NCBI GenBank assembly: GCA_964480435.1
Contig: CAYZSS010000010.1
Span: 1 to 29,091 of the forward strand
DNA length: 29,091 nt
Source of the DNA: an uncultured archaeon
GTDB taxonomy: Archaea; Iainarchaeota; Iainarchaeia; Iainarchaeales; 0-14-0-20-30-16
Direction: 5' to 3'
Shown: in pieces, positions 17,451 to 25,370 of the stretch
Position numbering within the stretch: the stretch's first letter is position 1
How the letters are laid out: every line of letters starts with the position of its first letter
Translations under genes and position numbers: made by a program
Notes under the pieces: model-generated
The model's database searches: none
Told to the model about the DNA's origin: nothing
The model's input: the letters and a program-made list of their open reading frames with translations, nothing else

Positions 17451-17473
17451 ATGCTCTTTTGAGCATTTTTTTC
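17451..17473 (+). terminator. Hairpin plus T-run downstream of the cold-shock gene
   Basis: ATGCTC-TTTT-GAGCAT followed by TTTTTTT. Confidence 0.55.
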
Positions 17474-17539
17474 TATTTTTTCATATTATTACTTTTTAAT
17501 CTAATCCATCTTTATTTATACAGAAATAAAGGGTGAAAT

Positions 17540-17701
17540 ATGATGTCTGGAGAATATTCTATTGCTTGTGGACCTGGGGCTTGTACCTGTGGTGGTTGTG
17601 TTCATTATAAACCTAATACGGATGATCCAAAAAAAGGAAAATGTTTTAGTAGCGAAGTGGAATGTACTGGGCACTGCAAATTTTTTAGATATAAGAGATA
17701 A
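17540..17701 (+). CDS. Small cysteine-rich protein (53 aa), absent from the ORF track
   Basis: AGGGTGA Shine-Dalgarno site 4 nt upstream of the ATG. Translation is MMSGEYSIACGPGACTCGGCVHYKPNTDDPKKGKCFSSEVECTGHCKFFRYKR, with 7 Cys including CxCxxC. Confidence 0.5.
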   Translation: MMSGEYSIACGPGACTCGGCVHYKPNTDDPKKGKCFSSEVECTGHCKFFRYKR

Positions 17702-17832
17702 TTCCATTACTAGCTTTTTTTATAACCATTTCTTTAGATCTTGCGAAATTTCTTTTTTTATAGTAGTCCAAACAATTATATACCTTGTTTTTGTTATATA
17801 TATGGTCTTATCTAGACGCGTAGGTGATTTTT

Positions 17833-19434
17833 ATGAATGCTGAACAAAAGAAATTATACAATACTTTAAACGAGCATAGAAAAGCATATGTTAATTTTGA
17901 TATCCCTGATGAAAAAAATGGGGAATATCTTCTGTGTGTATTTCACTTTTTGCCAAATAAAAAGTTAAATGTTTTACAAGCTGCAGCAGAGATTTCTGCA
18001 GAATCATCAACCGGAACAAATTTTAAAGTAAGTACTGAAACAGCATTTTCAAGAAAAATGAATGCTTTAGTTTACAAAATAGATACAAAAAAAGAATTAG
18101 TTTGGATTGCATATCCTTGGAGATTGTTTGATAGGGGCGGAAATATACAAAACATACTTACTTACGTGGTAGGAAATGTTTTAGGAATGAAAGAAGTAAA
18201 TGCTTTAAAATTATTAGATATGTGGATACCACCGGCAATGTTGGAACAGTATGATGGGCCATCTTATACTCTTGACGATATGAGAAAATATTTGAATGTA
18301 CATGGTAGACCTATTTTAGGAACAATAATTAAACCAAAAATGGGTTTAACTTCCGCTGAATATGCTGAAGTTTGTTATGATTTTTGGGTTGGTGGAGGGG
18401 ACTTTGTAAAAAATGATGAGCCCCAGGCAAACCAAGATTTCTGCCCTTTTGATAAGATGGTTTTGCATGTAAAACAAGCAATGGCTAAAGCAGTAAAAGA
18501 AACAGGCAAGAAAAAGGTGCACTCATTTAATGTATCTGCTGCGGATTTTGACGAAATGATAAGAAGATGTGAATTAATTAGAAATGCTGGATTTGAGCCA
18601 GGAAGCTATGCCTTTTTGATTGATGGCATTACTGCTGGTTGGATGGCTGTCCAAACATTAAGGAGAAAGTATCCTGATGTGTTTATACATTTCCACAGGG
18701 CCGCACATGGCGCTTTTACTAGACCTGAAAATGCATTTGGATTTAGTGTTCTGGTATTGTCTAAATTTGCAAGATTAGCTGGAGCAAGTGGAATACACAC
18801 AGGAACAGCAGGAATAGGAAAAATGGAAGGTACTCCTGATACAGATATAATTGCTGCAAAAGAGATTGAGAACCTAAAAACAACGGGACCATTTTTTGAG
18901 CAATCTTGGTCAAAGATTCCAGAAAGAGATAAAGATATGATTAAACTTGTGCAGGAAGATTTGGCACACCATGTAATTCTTGAAGATGATAGTTGGAGAG
19001 GGGTAAAGAAATGTTGCCCAATAATATCAGGTGGATTAAATCCAACTTTATTAAAGCCATTTATTGATGTAATGGGCAGTGTAGATTTTATTACTACGAT
19101 GGGGGCAGGCTGTCATGCTCATCCTGATGGTACTCAGGCAGGTGCTAAAGCTTTAGTGCAGGCCTGCGAAGCATACAAAAAAGGAGTATCAATAGAGGTA
19201 TATGCAAAGACCCACAAAGAATTAGCAAGAGCAATTGAATTCTTTGGAAAAAATAAAACAAAAACTAAGGATAAGAAGCCAACTAAGACAAAAAAAATAA
19301 GTAAACCAAAAAAAGCTTTGCCAAAGAAAATAACTAAAAAAATAAAAAAAGTTACTAAACCTAAAGTAGTAAAAAAGGTAGTAAAAAAAACACCAAAGAA
19401 AAAAGCAGTAATTAAAAAAGTAAAAAGGAAATAA
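17833..19434 (+). CDS. rbcL: RuBisCO large subunit, form III / II-III type, with a lysine-rich C-terminal extension
   Basis: AESSTGT, GNVLGMK, KPKMGL, GGDFVKNDEP (carbamyl-Lys/Asp/Glu), HFHRAAHGA, GIHTGT, SGGLNP and GAGCHAHPDG are all present. AGGTGAT Shine-Dalgarno site before ATG 17833. Tail from about 19249. Confidence 0.9.
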   Translation: MNAEQKKLYNTLNEHRKAYVNFDIPDEKNGEYLLCVFHFLPNKKLNVLQAAAEISAESSTGTNFKVSTETAFSRKMNALVYKIDTKKELVWIAYPWRLFDRGGNIQNILTYVVGNVLGMKEVNALKLLDMWIPPAMLEQYDGPSYTLDDMRKYLNVHGRPILGTIIKPKMGLTSAEYAEVCYDFWVGGGDFVKNDEPQANQDFCPFDKMVLHVKQAMAKAVKETGKKKVHSFNVSAADFDEMIRRCELIRNAGFEPGSYAFLIDGITAGWMAVQTLRRKYPDVFIHFHRAAHGAFTRPENAFGFSVLVLSKFARLAGASGIHTGTAGIGKMEGTPDTDIIAAKEIENLKTTGPFFEQSWSKIPERDKDMIKLVQEDLAHHVILEDDSWRGVKKCCPIISGGLNPTLLKPFIDVMGSVDFITTMGAGCHAHPDGTQAGAKALVQACEAYKKGVSIEVYAKTHKELARAIEFFGKNKTKTKDKKPTKTKKISKPKKALPKKITKKIKKVTKPKVVKKVVKKTPKKKAVIKKVKRK

Positions 19435-19456
19435 CTTCTTTTTTACATCTTATTTT

Positions 19457-20275
19457 TTATTTTTTTGCTAAATAAATTGGAAAAATAAAATCAAGCTTGT
19501 AGCTTTTGCTTGTTATTGTTATTCTTTTTGAATTCAACTTGGATCTTGTAATAATTTGCGATATTTTGTTTACTTCTTTCGCTGCAAAATTGTATCTTTC
19601 TATATGTTCTTTTTCAGTAATAATTAAGTTTTTTGACTTTCCAATTAATTTTAATTCTTTAATACCTGCTTTGCTGTAAAGCTTATTAATATCCTCTTTT
19701 GACTGAAAATGTCTTTTCCCAATAAGTTTGTTTGATGCATAAATTTTGTCTGCTAAATTTCTTTCTTTGTTTGTTGGCATTGCAGCAACACAATTAAAGA
19801 ATAATCCATTTTCAGCTAATTGACTTTTGAGATTTTTTAATGCTTTAATTTGTAGTCTTTCTCTGTAAATATAATCTAAAGCAGAACGCATAATTATTAT
19901 ATCAAATTTAATTTCTGAGTTGTATGACAAAAAATCAGCAAGAATTTTAGTTGTCTTTTTATTTTTATTTTGATTTAAGTGCTCTTGCGAAATATCAAGT
20001 AAGTAAAGTGCAGGTAAAAATCCTTTTTTTTGTAATGCCTCCACTAATTTTTCGCCTAATAATCCATTGGCGCCGCCAGCATAAAGAATGTTTAGTTTTT
20101 TATTTTTTAGAGTTTTTGCTTTTTGTATTTCTGGCAAAACTGCTTTGATAAATGCATTAATGTTTGTAGGGTCAGAAAAATAAGAGTTATAAGTCTTTTT
20201 CCAGTTCTTTCCAAGTACCTTCTTGTCCCTTTTTAGGTTGTTTTCAGAGATCTTGCTAATTTTTATCTTTTGCAT
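19457..20275 (-). CDS. Class I SAM-methyltransferase-like protein
   Basis: ILYAGGANGLLG (motif I-like), LLDIS, FDIIIMRSALDYI, ENGLFF. Confidence 0.5.
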   Translation of the reverse strand: MQKIKISKISENNLKRDKKVLGKNWKKTYNSYFSDPTNINAFIKAVLPEIQKAKTLKNKKLNILYAGGANGLLGEKLVEALQKKGFLPALYLLDISQEHLNQNKNKKTTKILADFLSYNSEIKFDIIIMRSALDYIYRERLQIKALKNLKSQLAENGLFFNCVAAMPTNKERNLADKIYASNKLIGKRHFQSKEDINKLYSKAGIKELKLIGKSKNLIITEKEHIERYNFAAKEVNKISQIITRSKLNSKRITITSKSYKLDFIFPIYLAKK

Positions 20276-20306
20276 AAAAAAGAAAAATAAGGAAAAGAAT
20301 AAAAAG

Positions 20307-20378
<72 letters not shown>

Positions 20379-20410
20379 ACTGCCTTTTTCCAAAAAGGCA
20401 AGTTGCGAAA
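20379..20410 (-). repeat. Degenerate hairpin motif copy D abutting the tRNA-Thr 5' end
   Basis: Minus-sense TTTCGCAACTTGCCTTTTTGGAAAAAGGCAGT is followed directly by G1 of tRNA-Thr. It shares GCAACTT, a hairpin and CAG with the 34-nt motif at nearly the same distance from the tRNA start as copy A. Confidence 0.65.
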
Positions 20411-20448
20411 AAGGCATATCCCTCTGGGATATCGCGGTGGCTCAGTTG

Positions 20449-20482
20449 TTTTGGGCAACTTACCCTTTTCCTAAAAGGGCAG
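20449..20482 (+). repeat. tRNA-flanking hairpin motif, copy C
   Basis: TTTTGGGCAACTTACCCTTTTCCTAAAAGGGCAG, 34/34 identical to 2550..2583. Confidence 0.9.
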
Positions 20483-20502
20483 CCACTGAGCCACAGAAGC
20501 AC
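20483..20502 (-). pseudogene. Orphan duplicate of tRNA-Thr positions -2 to 18
   Basis: CCACTGAGCCACAGAAGCAC is 20/20 identical to 20361..20380. Similarity continues into the adjacent GCCTTTTT..AAAAAGGC hairpins, about 45 nt in total. Confidence 0.7.
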
Positions 20503-20704
20503 GAGCCTTTTTAGAAAAAAGGCAAAAAGTCAGTTTGCCTAACAAACTGCTTTAGGCCCTCAAACAATTTGCCTAAAGCAAATTGCTTTGTTGGCACCGT
20601 CTGCCAAAAACACGAACCTAAGTTGCCCAAGAAAGGCGTCTCGCAATTTTATTAATATACTATAACGACAAAAAGTTTATATCGTTGTGTGATTTCTATT
20701 ACAT

Positions 20705-21172
20705 ATGGTAAGTTATAGTCTTGTCTTTGGTGATCCTGACAAAAGAATTGGTAATATATTGACAGAGGCACAAATAAGATCTTTAAATGAACTTATTGAG
20801 AAAAAAGGGGTGATCTATTCGCCAGAAGATAAAGTGCAGGGTCTTTGTTGCTTTTTAGTAAAAGGTGCCGTTGTTACTGGTTATCTTTCTTATGGAAAAA
20901 GTGATGCTTTAGATATTTTCTTTGTAGAATCAAGAAAAAAAGAAAGAGAGAGCTTCAGGCTTTTTTCTAAAGGGAAGTCCATTGGTCTGTTTTTAATTAT
21001 CAGCGCTCTTAAAAAACATAACCTTAGAAAGGTAAGTTGGAGCAGTCTAACCCCTTCAGGGGAGAGGCTTTATGCCAGGGCTTTAGAAAAAAATATAGCA
21101 AACAGAGTTAATGATGATACTTGTATACTTAGAAAGGAACCTCCCAAACGATTAAAGATAATTCCAAAATGA
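20705..21172 (+). CDS. Hypothetical protein
   Basis: 155-aa ORF with TATA-like AAAGTTTATAT about 25 nt upstream of the ATG (probably leaderless). No family recognised. Confidence 0.5.
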   Translation: MVSYSLVFGDPDKRIGNILTEAQIRSLNELIEKKGVIYSPEDKVQGLCCFLVKGAVVTGYLSYGKSDALDIFFVESRKKERESFRLFSKGKSIGLFLIISALKKHNLRKVSWSSLTPSGERLYARALEKNIANRVNDDTCILRKEPPKRLKIIPK

Positions 21173-21212
21173 AATAAGGAAGATTTATTTATCACTTTGT
21201 TCTTTTTAATAT

Positions 21213-21638
21213 ATGAAACAATTTAGGATTTATAAGGCAAACTCTCAGAAGAATGGTACTGCACTATCATTGGATTTTAATAAAGAAAAACAATCCTTAT
21301 TTCTGGAATTTGCTAAACAGAAGCCGGATGATACATTTGATTGGGAGAAAAAATTAACTTTTAAATTCTCTTTAATCGAACTTGCAAAAGTATGTGTATT
21401 TTATAAAAACAAACTACCAGAATTGAATTTCTTTCATGATCCCTCTAAAGGGGAATATAAGGCAAACTTTAAGAATGCTGTTCTGAAACTTACAAAAGGA
21501 ATGAATAACTATTCTTTAAAAATAAATCAGCAAGAACTTGATGGTTCAATTAATAGTATAATAATTAACATAAATGAAGAAGAAATGTATTCCTTATGCT
21601 TGTTGTTTGATAAAGCAATACAGGATAGTTATTTTTAG
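21213..21638 (+). CDS. Whirly-like ssDNA-binding protein
   Basis: Colinear with the plant Whirly core. FDWEKKLTFKFSLIELAKV resembles YDWSRKQVFSLSVTEIGSI. NFFHDPSKG resembles CEFFHDPFKG. AVLKLTK and the C-terminal INEEEMYSLCLLFDKAI also align. Confidence 0.6.
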   Translation: MKQFRIYKANSQKNGTALSLDFNKEKQSLFLEFAKQKPDDTFDWEKKLTFKFSLIELAKVCVFYKNKLPELNFFHDPSKGEYKANFKNAVLKLTKGMNNYSLKINQQELDGSINSIIININEEEMYSLCLLFDKAIQDSYF

Positions 21639-21646
21639 GTGAATAA

Positions 21647-22351
21647 ATGGATGTAGAAATTTTGCCATGGAGACATGATTTTTTATCTCAGGAACATAAG
21701 GATCTAATTGATTACATCTCTGCAATACCTGAAGGCTCAAAATTGGCACTAGAAATAACTCCGCAGCAAATAGCTTTTTTTGCTCAATTAGAGGCTAGTT
21801 TAGAGTCAGAAAAGAGTATGGGCGGAAAAAAAGTTAGGCAAAAATTGGCAGCTTTTATTAAAAAAATGCGTAATAATTCGTTAATATCTAACATACCTAT
21901 TTCCGGGTTGGCTATTTTTGAAGTATACCATTTAGCAAAAATGAGAAACTTACACTTAATTCCTCTGGAAACAAGTGCTTCAGAAAGAGCATCAAAAATA
22001 TACTCTCAGGAAGAAGCTTTTTTATTTAGGGAAAAAACTTTTGAAAGTCAAATAATGGCACAAGACCCCAAATCAAAAATATTTGTTGTTACTGGAGCAA
22101 TGCACGCAAGGGAGTTAGAACGAAGAGTATCATCAAAAACCAAGGTTAGTATAAATTATCGTTATCTCTCAAATCCAGCGGTGATGATAGAACAATTAGA
22201 CGCTTATGATCGATATAAGTTAGCAATAAAAGAGAAAAGACATTTTAGGGCTTTAATTGAAAAGCATGCTTTTGAACATGGCAGTTCTGGAACAAGAATT
22301 GGCTGGAAATCCGCAAGAAAAAAACTTTTTGATCATTATAGACAAAAATAA
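21647..22351 (+). CDS. Hypothetical protein (weak TraB/GumN/TIKI-like pattern)
   Basis: AGGTGA Shine-Dalgarno site upstream. IFVVTGAMHARELERR resembles the GxxH motif of the TraB/TIKI superfamily. Assignment is weak. Confidence 0.4.
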   Translation: MDVEILPWRHDFLSQEHKDLIDYISAIPEGSKLALEITPQQIAFFAQLEASLESEKSMGGKKVRQKLAAFIKKMRNNSLISNIPISGLAIFEVYHLAKMRNLHLIPLETSASERASKIYSQEEAFLFREKTFESQIMAQDPKSKIFVVTGAMHARELERRVSSKTKVSINYRYLSNPAVMIEQLDAYDRYKLAIKEKRHFRALIEKHAFEHGSSGTRIGWKSARKKLFDHYRQK

Positions 22352-22458
22352 TGTTTTTGAATATTCTTTATTTTTTCCTTTAAGGCTTGCAAGGTCTGGG
22401 CTGGATTTGACATATAATATATATATTTATGTTTGCTTTGATTTATTATTGATTTTTT

Positions 22459-23571
22459 ATGACTTATAATATATTATTCAGCATTTGCTCTTTGGGTTTA
22501 GGGCACGCAACAAGGTCTCTGCCATTAATAAAGTATTATTTGGGCAAAGGAAATAAAATTTATATTTCTTCTGAGCAACATGTGTTAAACTTTTTAAAAA
22601 ATGAATTTCCTAAAGAAAAAAATGTTGTGCTAATTGAAAAAGTACAAAAATATCCACCTCTGGAGAGAGGTAGTTCAATTATTGGGTATGGCTGTCATAT
22701 AGTTTTTGATGGTTTAAGAATGCCACATATAATTAAACTTGAACATAATTTTGTTGAAAAATTAGTTAAAAAACATAAAATCGATTTTGTAATTTCTGAT
22801 GGTACTTATGGGGGTTATTCTTATAAAGTTCCTTGCTTTTTAATTACTCATCAATTAGAATTCCAATTTATATTTCCGTATGCTTTATTTGGGAAATGTG
22901 GTAGTAGATATAATTTATCTATATTTAAAAGATTCACAAAAGTATTAGTTCCAGATTATATAAAAAAAATGAGCTTATCGGGGGATTTGGCATATAACCC
23001 GCGGTTTAAAAATATTAACACTGAATACATTGGAATTTTGTCACAGTACACAAAAAAGAAAATTAAGGAAGATATTGATTATCTAGTAATTATTAGCGGT
23101 TATTTGCATGAACATAAAAAAGAATTTTATGATAATCTGATAACTGTTTTAGAAAAAAGAAAAGGTAAAAAGATTTTTATTATGGGAGACCATCTGGAAG
23201 ATTATCATAAAAAATTACCTGGAAATATTGAAGTATATTCTTCATTTAAAGGATTAGATAAAAATGAATTATTTAATAGGGCAAAAGTAATTATTTCGCG
23301 GACCGGGTATACTACTCTGATGGATCTATTAGAGTTAAATAAGAAAGCGATACTAATACCAACTCCAAAGCAGTCAGAACAGGTATACTTAGCTAAGTAC
23401 CATCAAAACAAGGGGTATTTTAATATCGTTATGTCTCAGAAAGATATCACAGATAAAAATTTAATTAATGACCCAAAAAATACAATTTTAATTGAAAACA
23501 AAAATCTTCCAAAAACAAAAGAGACAGTAAAAAAAGTAGCGCAAATTATAGATAAATGTATAAAAAAATAA
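22459..23571 (+). CDS. GT-B glycosyltransferase (MurG/GT28/GT1-like)
   Basis: N-terminal SLGLGHATRSLPLIKYY (G-loop with His). C-terminal SRTGYTTLMDLLELNKKAILIPTPKQSEQ nucleotide-sugar binding block. Confidence 0.7.
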   Translation: MTYNILFSICSLGLGHATRSLPLIKYYLGKGNKIYISSEQHVLNFLKNEFPKEKNVVLIEKVQKYPPLERGSSIIGYGCHIVFDGLRMPHIIKLEHNFVEKLVKKHKIDFVISDGTYGGYSYKVPCFLITHQLEFQFIFPYALFGKCGSRYNLSIFKRFTKVLVPDYIKKMSLSGDLAYNPRFKNINTEYIGILSQYTKKKIKEDIDYLVIISGYLHEHKKEFYDNLITVLEKRKGKKIFIMGDHLEDYHKKLPGNIEVYSSFKGLDKNELFNRAKVIISRTGYTTLMDLLELNKKAILIPTPKQSEQVYLAKYHQNKGYFNIVMSQKDITDKNLINDPKNTILIENKNLPKTKETVKKVAQIIDKCIKK

Positions 23572-23581
23572 AGGTGTTTAT

Positions 23582-24190
23582 GTGCTTATAGAAACAATAC
23601 TAACTTTTTTTCAAGATCCAAAATATTGGATGCTGTTGGTGTTGTTTATTGTTGAGGGGCCTATCACTAATTTTATTGCATCTATGTTTGCAGCAACTGG
23701 AGTATTAAATATTTGGTATGTCTGGGCCTTAGCTGTTTTGGGGGATTTAGTAGGGGATACAATATATTATTTTATTGGTACAGGAATTTCAAAAGTAAAA
23801 TTTCTTGAGAAAATAAAAGATAAGGAATCACAAACCACTTTTACAAAATTTGAAACTCTGTTTCATAAAAATTCTGTTCTTTCCCTAGTTACAATAAAAC
23901 TATTGCCAATATCTTTTGGTTTAATTTATTTTGGAAAACAAAAATACCCTTATTGGAAATATATTTTTGTTTCTTTATTAGTCACTGCATTTTATGATGC
24001 AATAATTTCTTTTTTAGCATATAATGGAGTAACTACTTTAAAAAATTTCTTGCATTATTTGGATATTTATCAGGTAATTGGAATTGTTTTAGTTGTTTTT
24101 GCTATACTTGCTTTAGTAGTTTATATTTTTAGAAAGCCAATAAAAACTTTTGTATATCGTGTGTTTTTTTGGGTGGTTGGGAAAAAATGA
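23582..24190 (+). CDS. DedA/SNARE-associated family membrane protein
   Basis: VEGPITNFIASMFAATG and LGDLVGDTIYYFIG blocks with several TM segments. GTG start 5 nt after AAGGTG. Confidence 0.6.
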   Translation: MLIETILTFFQDPKYWMLLVLFIVEGPITNFIASMFAATGVLNIWYVWALAVLGDLVGDTIYYFIGTGISKVKFLEKIKDKESQTTFTKFETLFHKNSVLSLVTIKLLPISFGLIYFGKQKYPYWKYIFVSLLVTAFYDAIISFLAYNGVTTLKNFLHYLDIYQVIGIVLVVFAILALVVYIFRKPIKTFVYRVFFWVVGKK

Positions 24191-25329
24191 ATTTGCTTGT
24201 AGTTTGTGAATCCCTTGATATAGGTGGTGGTTCAATTGGCCAAACAAAAAGGCTTCTTTTTGCACTAAAACAAAAAAATAAAATAAGCTTGATAACTACT
24301 AAATTAACTGAAAAGCAAAAAGAACTTTTTTCTGGAATAAAAATTTATGATTTTGTTTCTGGCCCTGGATTAGGGTCTGCTAAATTTAAATGTATTTTAT
24401 CTATTTCAAATAAAAAAATTAAAGAAATTCTAAAAAAAGATAAAATAGATATAATATATAATGTTCATCAGTCGCCAATAGCAAGAAAAATCAGGTCTGT
24501 TGCTTTGGACTTAGGTGTGCCTTTTGTTAATCATGTTCACACCCCTGTAGGTCAAATGTATAGTATGTTGCCTGCATATTTGAAATTTGGTATTATAAAT
24601 CCTATTTTAGATAGTTATTTGATGTCTGGATATTGCAACTCGGATTGTATTATTCTGACTGGTACTTATAACAAGGATATGTATTTGGATTTTATAAATA
24701 AAAAAAAGCCAGTGGAAATAATCTCTAATGGAGTTGATACTTCTAAATATAAAAAAAATAAAAACAAATCTGGCTTGTTAAAAAAATACGGTTTGTCAAA
24801 TAAAAAGAAGGTATTACTTGTTAGCAGATATTCTAAAGATAAAAATTTAGAAACTGTATTTGAGGCATATAAAAATATATCTGGTTTTGAACTTTTGATT
24901 GCTGGTAATGAAGAAATAAAAAATAAGTTAAAGCAATATTTTAAAAATAAAAATATAATTTATCTTGGTCAGAAGTCGCAGGAGCAACTAATTGAACTTT
25001 ATAGTATTGCGGATGTTTTGGTGTTGCCATCGTTTATTGAATTGGAAAGCTTAGTTTTTTTAGAAGCAATTTCTTGTTCTTTACCTGTAATAATCTCGGA
25101 CTCAGAAGAAAATAGAACAAACCAATATGTAAAAGAAGAAGATCTGGTATTTGAGACAAAAAATCCAAAAGATTTACTAAAGAAAACTAAATTCATTTTG
25201 AAAAATGATGTGTTAAGAAGAAAATATTCTAAAAAGTACAGAGGGCTTGCTGAGAGTTTAGATTTTAATTGCTCTGTCCAAAAATTAGAAAAACTATTTA
25301 AAACTATTATTACTAAAAATAAAAGGTAA
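24187..25329 (+). CDS. GT4-family glycosyltransferase
   Basis: ADVLVLPSFIELESLVFLEAISCSLPVIISD (EX7E motif). ATG 24187 overlaps the upstream stop (ATGA). Confidence 0.75.
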   Translation: MNLLVVCESLDIGGGSIGQTKRLLFALKQKNKISLITTKLTEKQKELFSGIKIYDFVSGPGLGSAKFKCILSISNKKIKEILKKDKIDIIYNVHQSPIARKIRSVALDLGVPFVNHVHTPVGQMYSMLPAYLKFGIINPILDSYLMSGYCNSDCIILTGTYNKDMYLDFINKKKPVEIISNGVDTSKYKKNKNKSGLLKKYGLSNKKKVLLVSRYSKDKNLETVFEAYKNISGFELLIAGNEEIKNKLKQYFKNKNIIYLGQKSQEQLIELYSIADVLVLPSFIELESLVFLEAISCSLPVIISDSEENRTNQYVKEEDLVFETKNPKDLLKKTKFILKNDVLRRKYSKKYRGLAESLDFNCSVQKLEKLFKTIITKNKR

Positions 25330-25370
25330 TTTCTATTTGTTATATTGAAAAGACTTAAGGTGGGGATCCA

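Larger units (their letters stand above)
20381..20644 (+). repeat. Non-coding hairpin-rich module, locus 2 (homologous to 2498..2757); candidate structured RNA or MITE-like element
   Basis: Hairpins at 20381..20400, 20416..20432, 20505..20523, 20531..20549, 20561..20590 and 20591..20607. Conserved linkers CCCTCAAAC, CTTTGTTGG and AAACACGA. Perfect 12-nt inverted repeat TTGGGCAACTTA (20451..20462) / TAAGTTGCCCAA (20619..20630). Confidence 0.6.

Noticed and set aside
17516-17843. Track ORFs 17562..17843 (+) and 17516..17707 (-)
   Set aside because: No start context, and hydrophobic or low-complexity translations of AT-rich DNA. The short Cys-rich ORF in another frame has a strong Shine-Dalgarno site and is the more credible gene.
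18442-18451. CTGCCCTTTT inside rbcL as an additional inverted copy of the motif
   Set aside because: Only a 10-nt match within a well-supported coding region. This is compatible with chance in AT/T-run-rich sequence, and no flanking similarity is seen.
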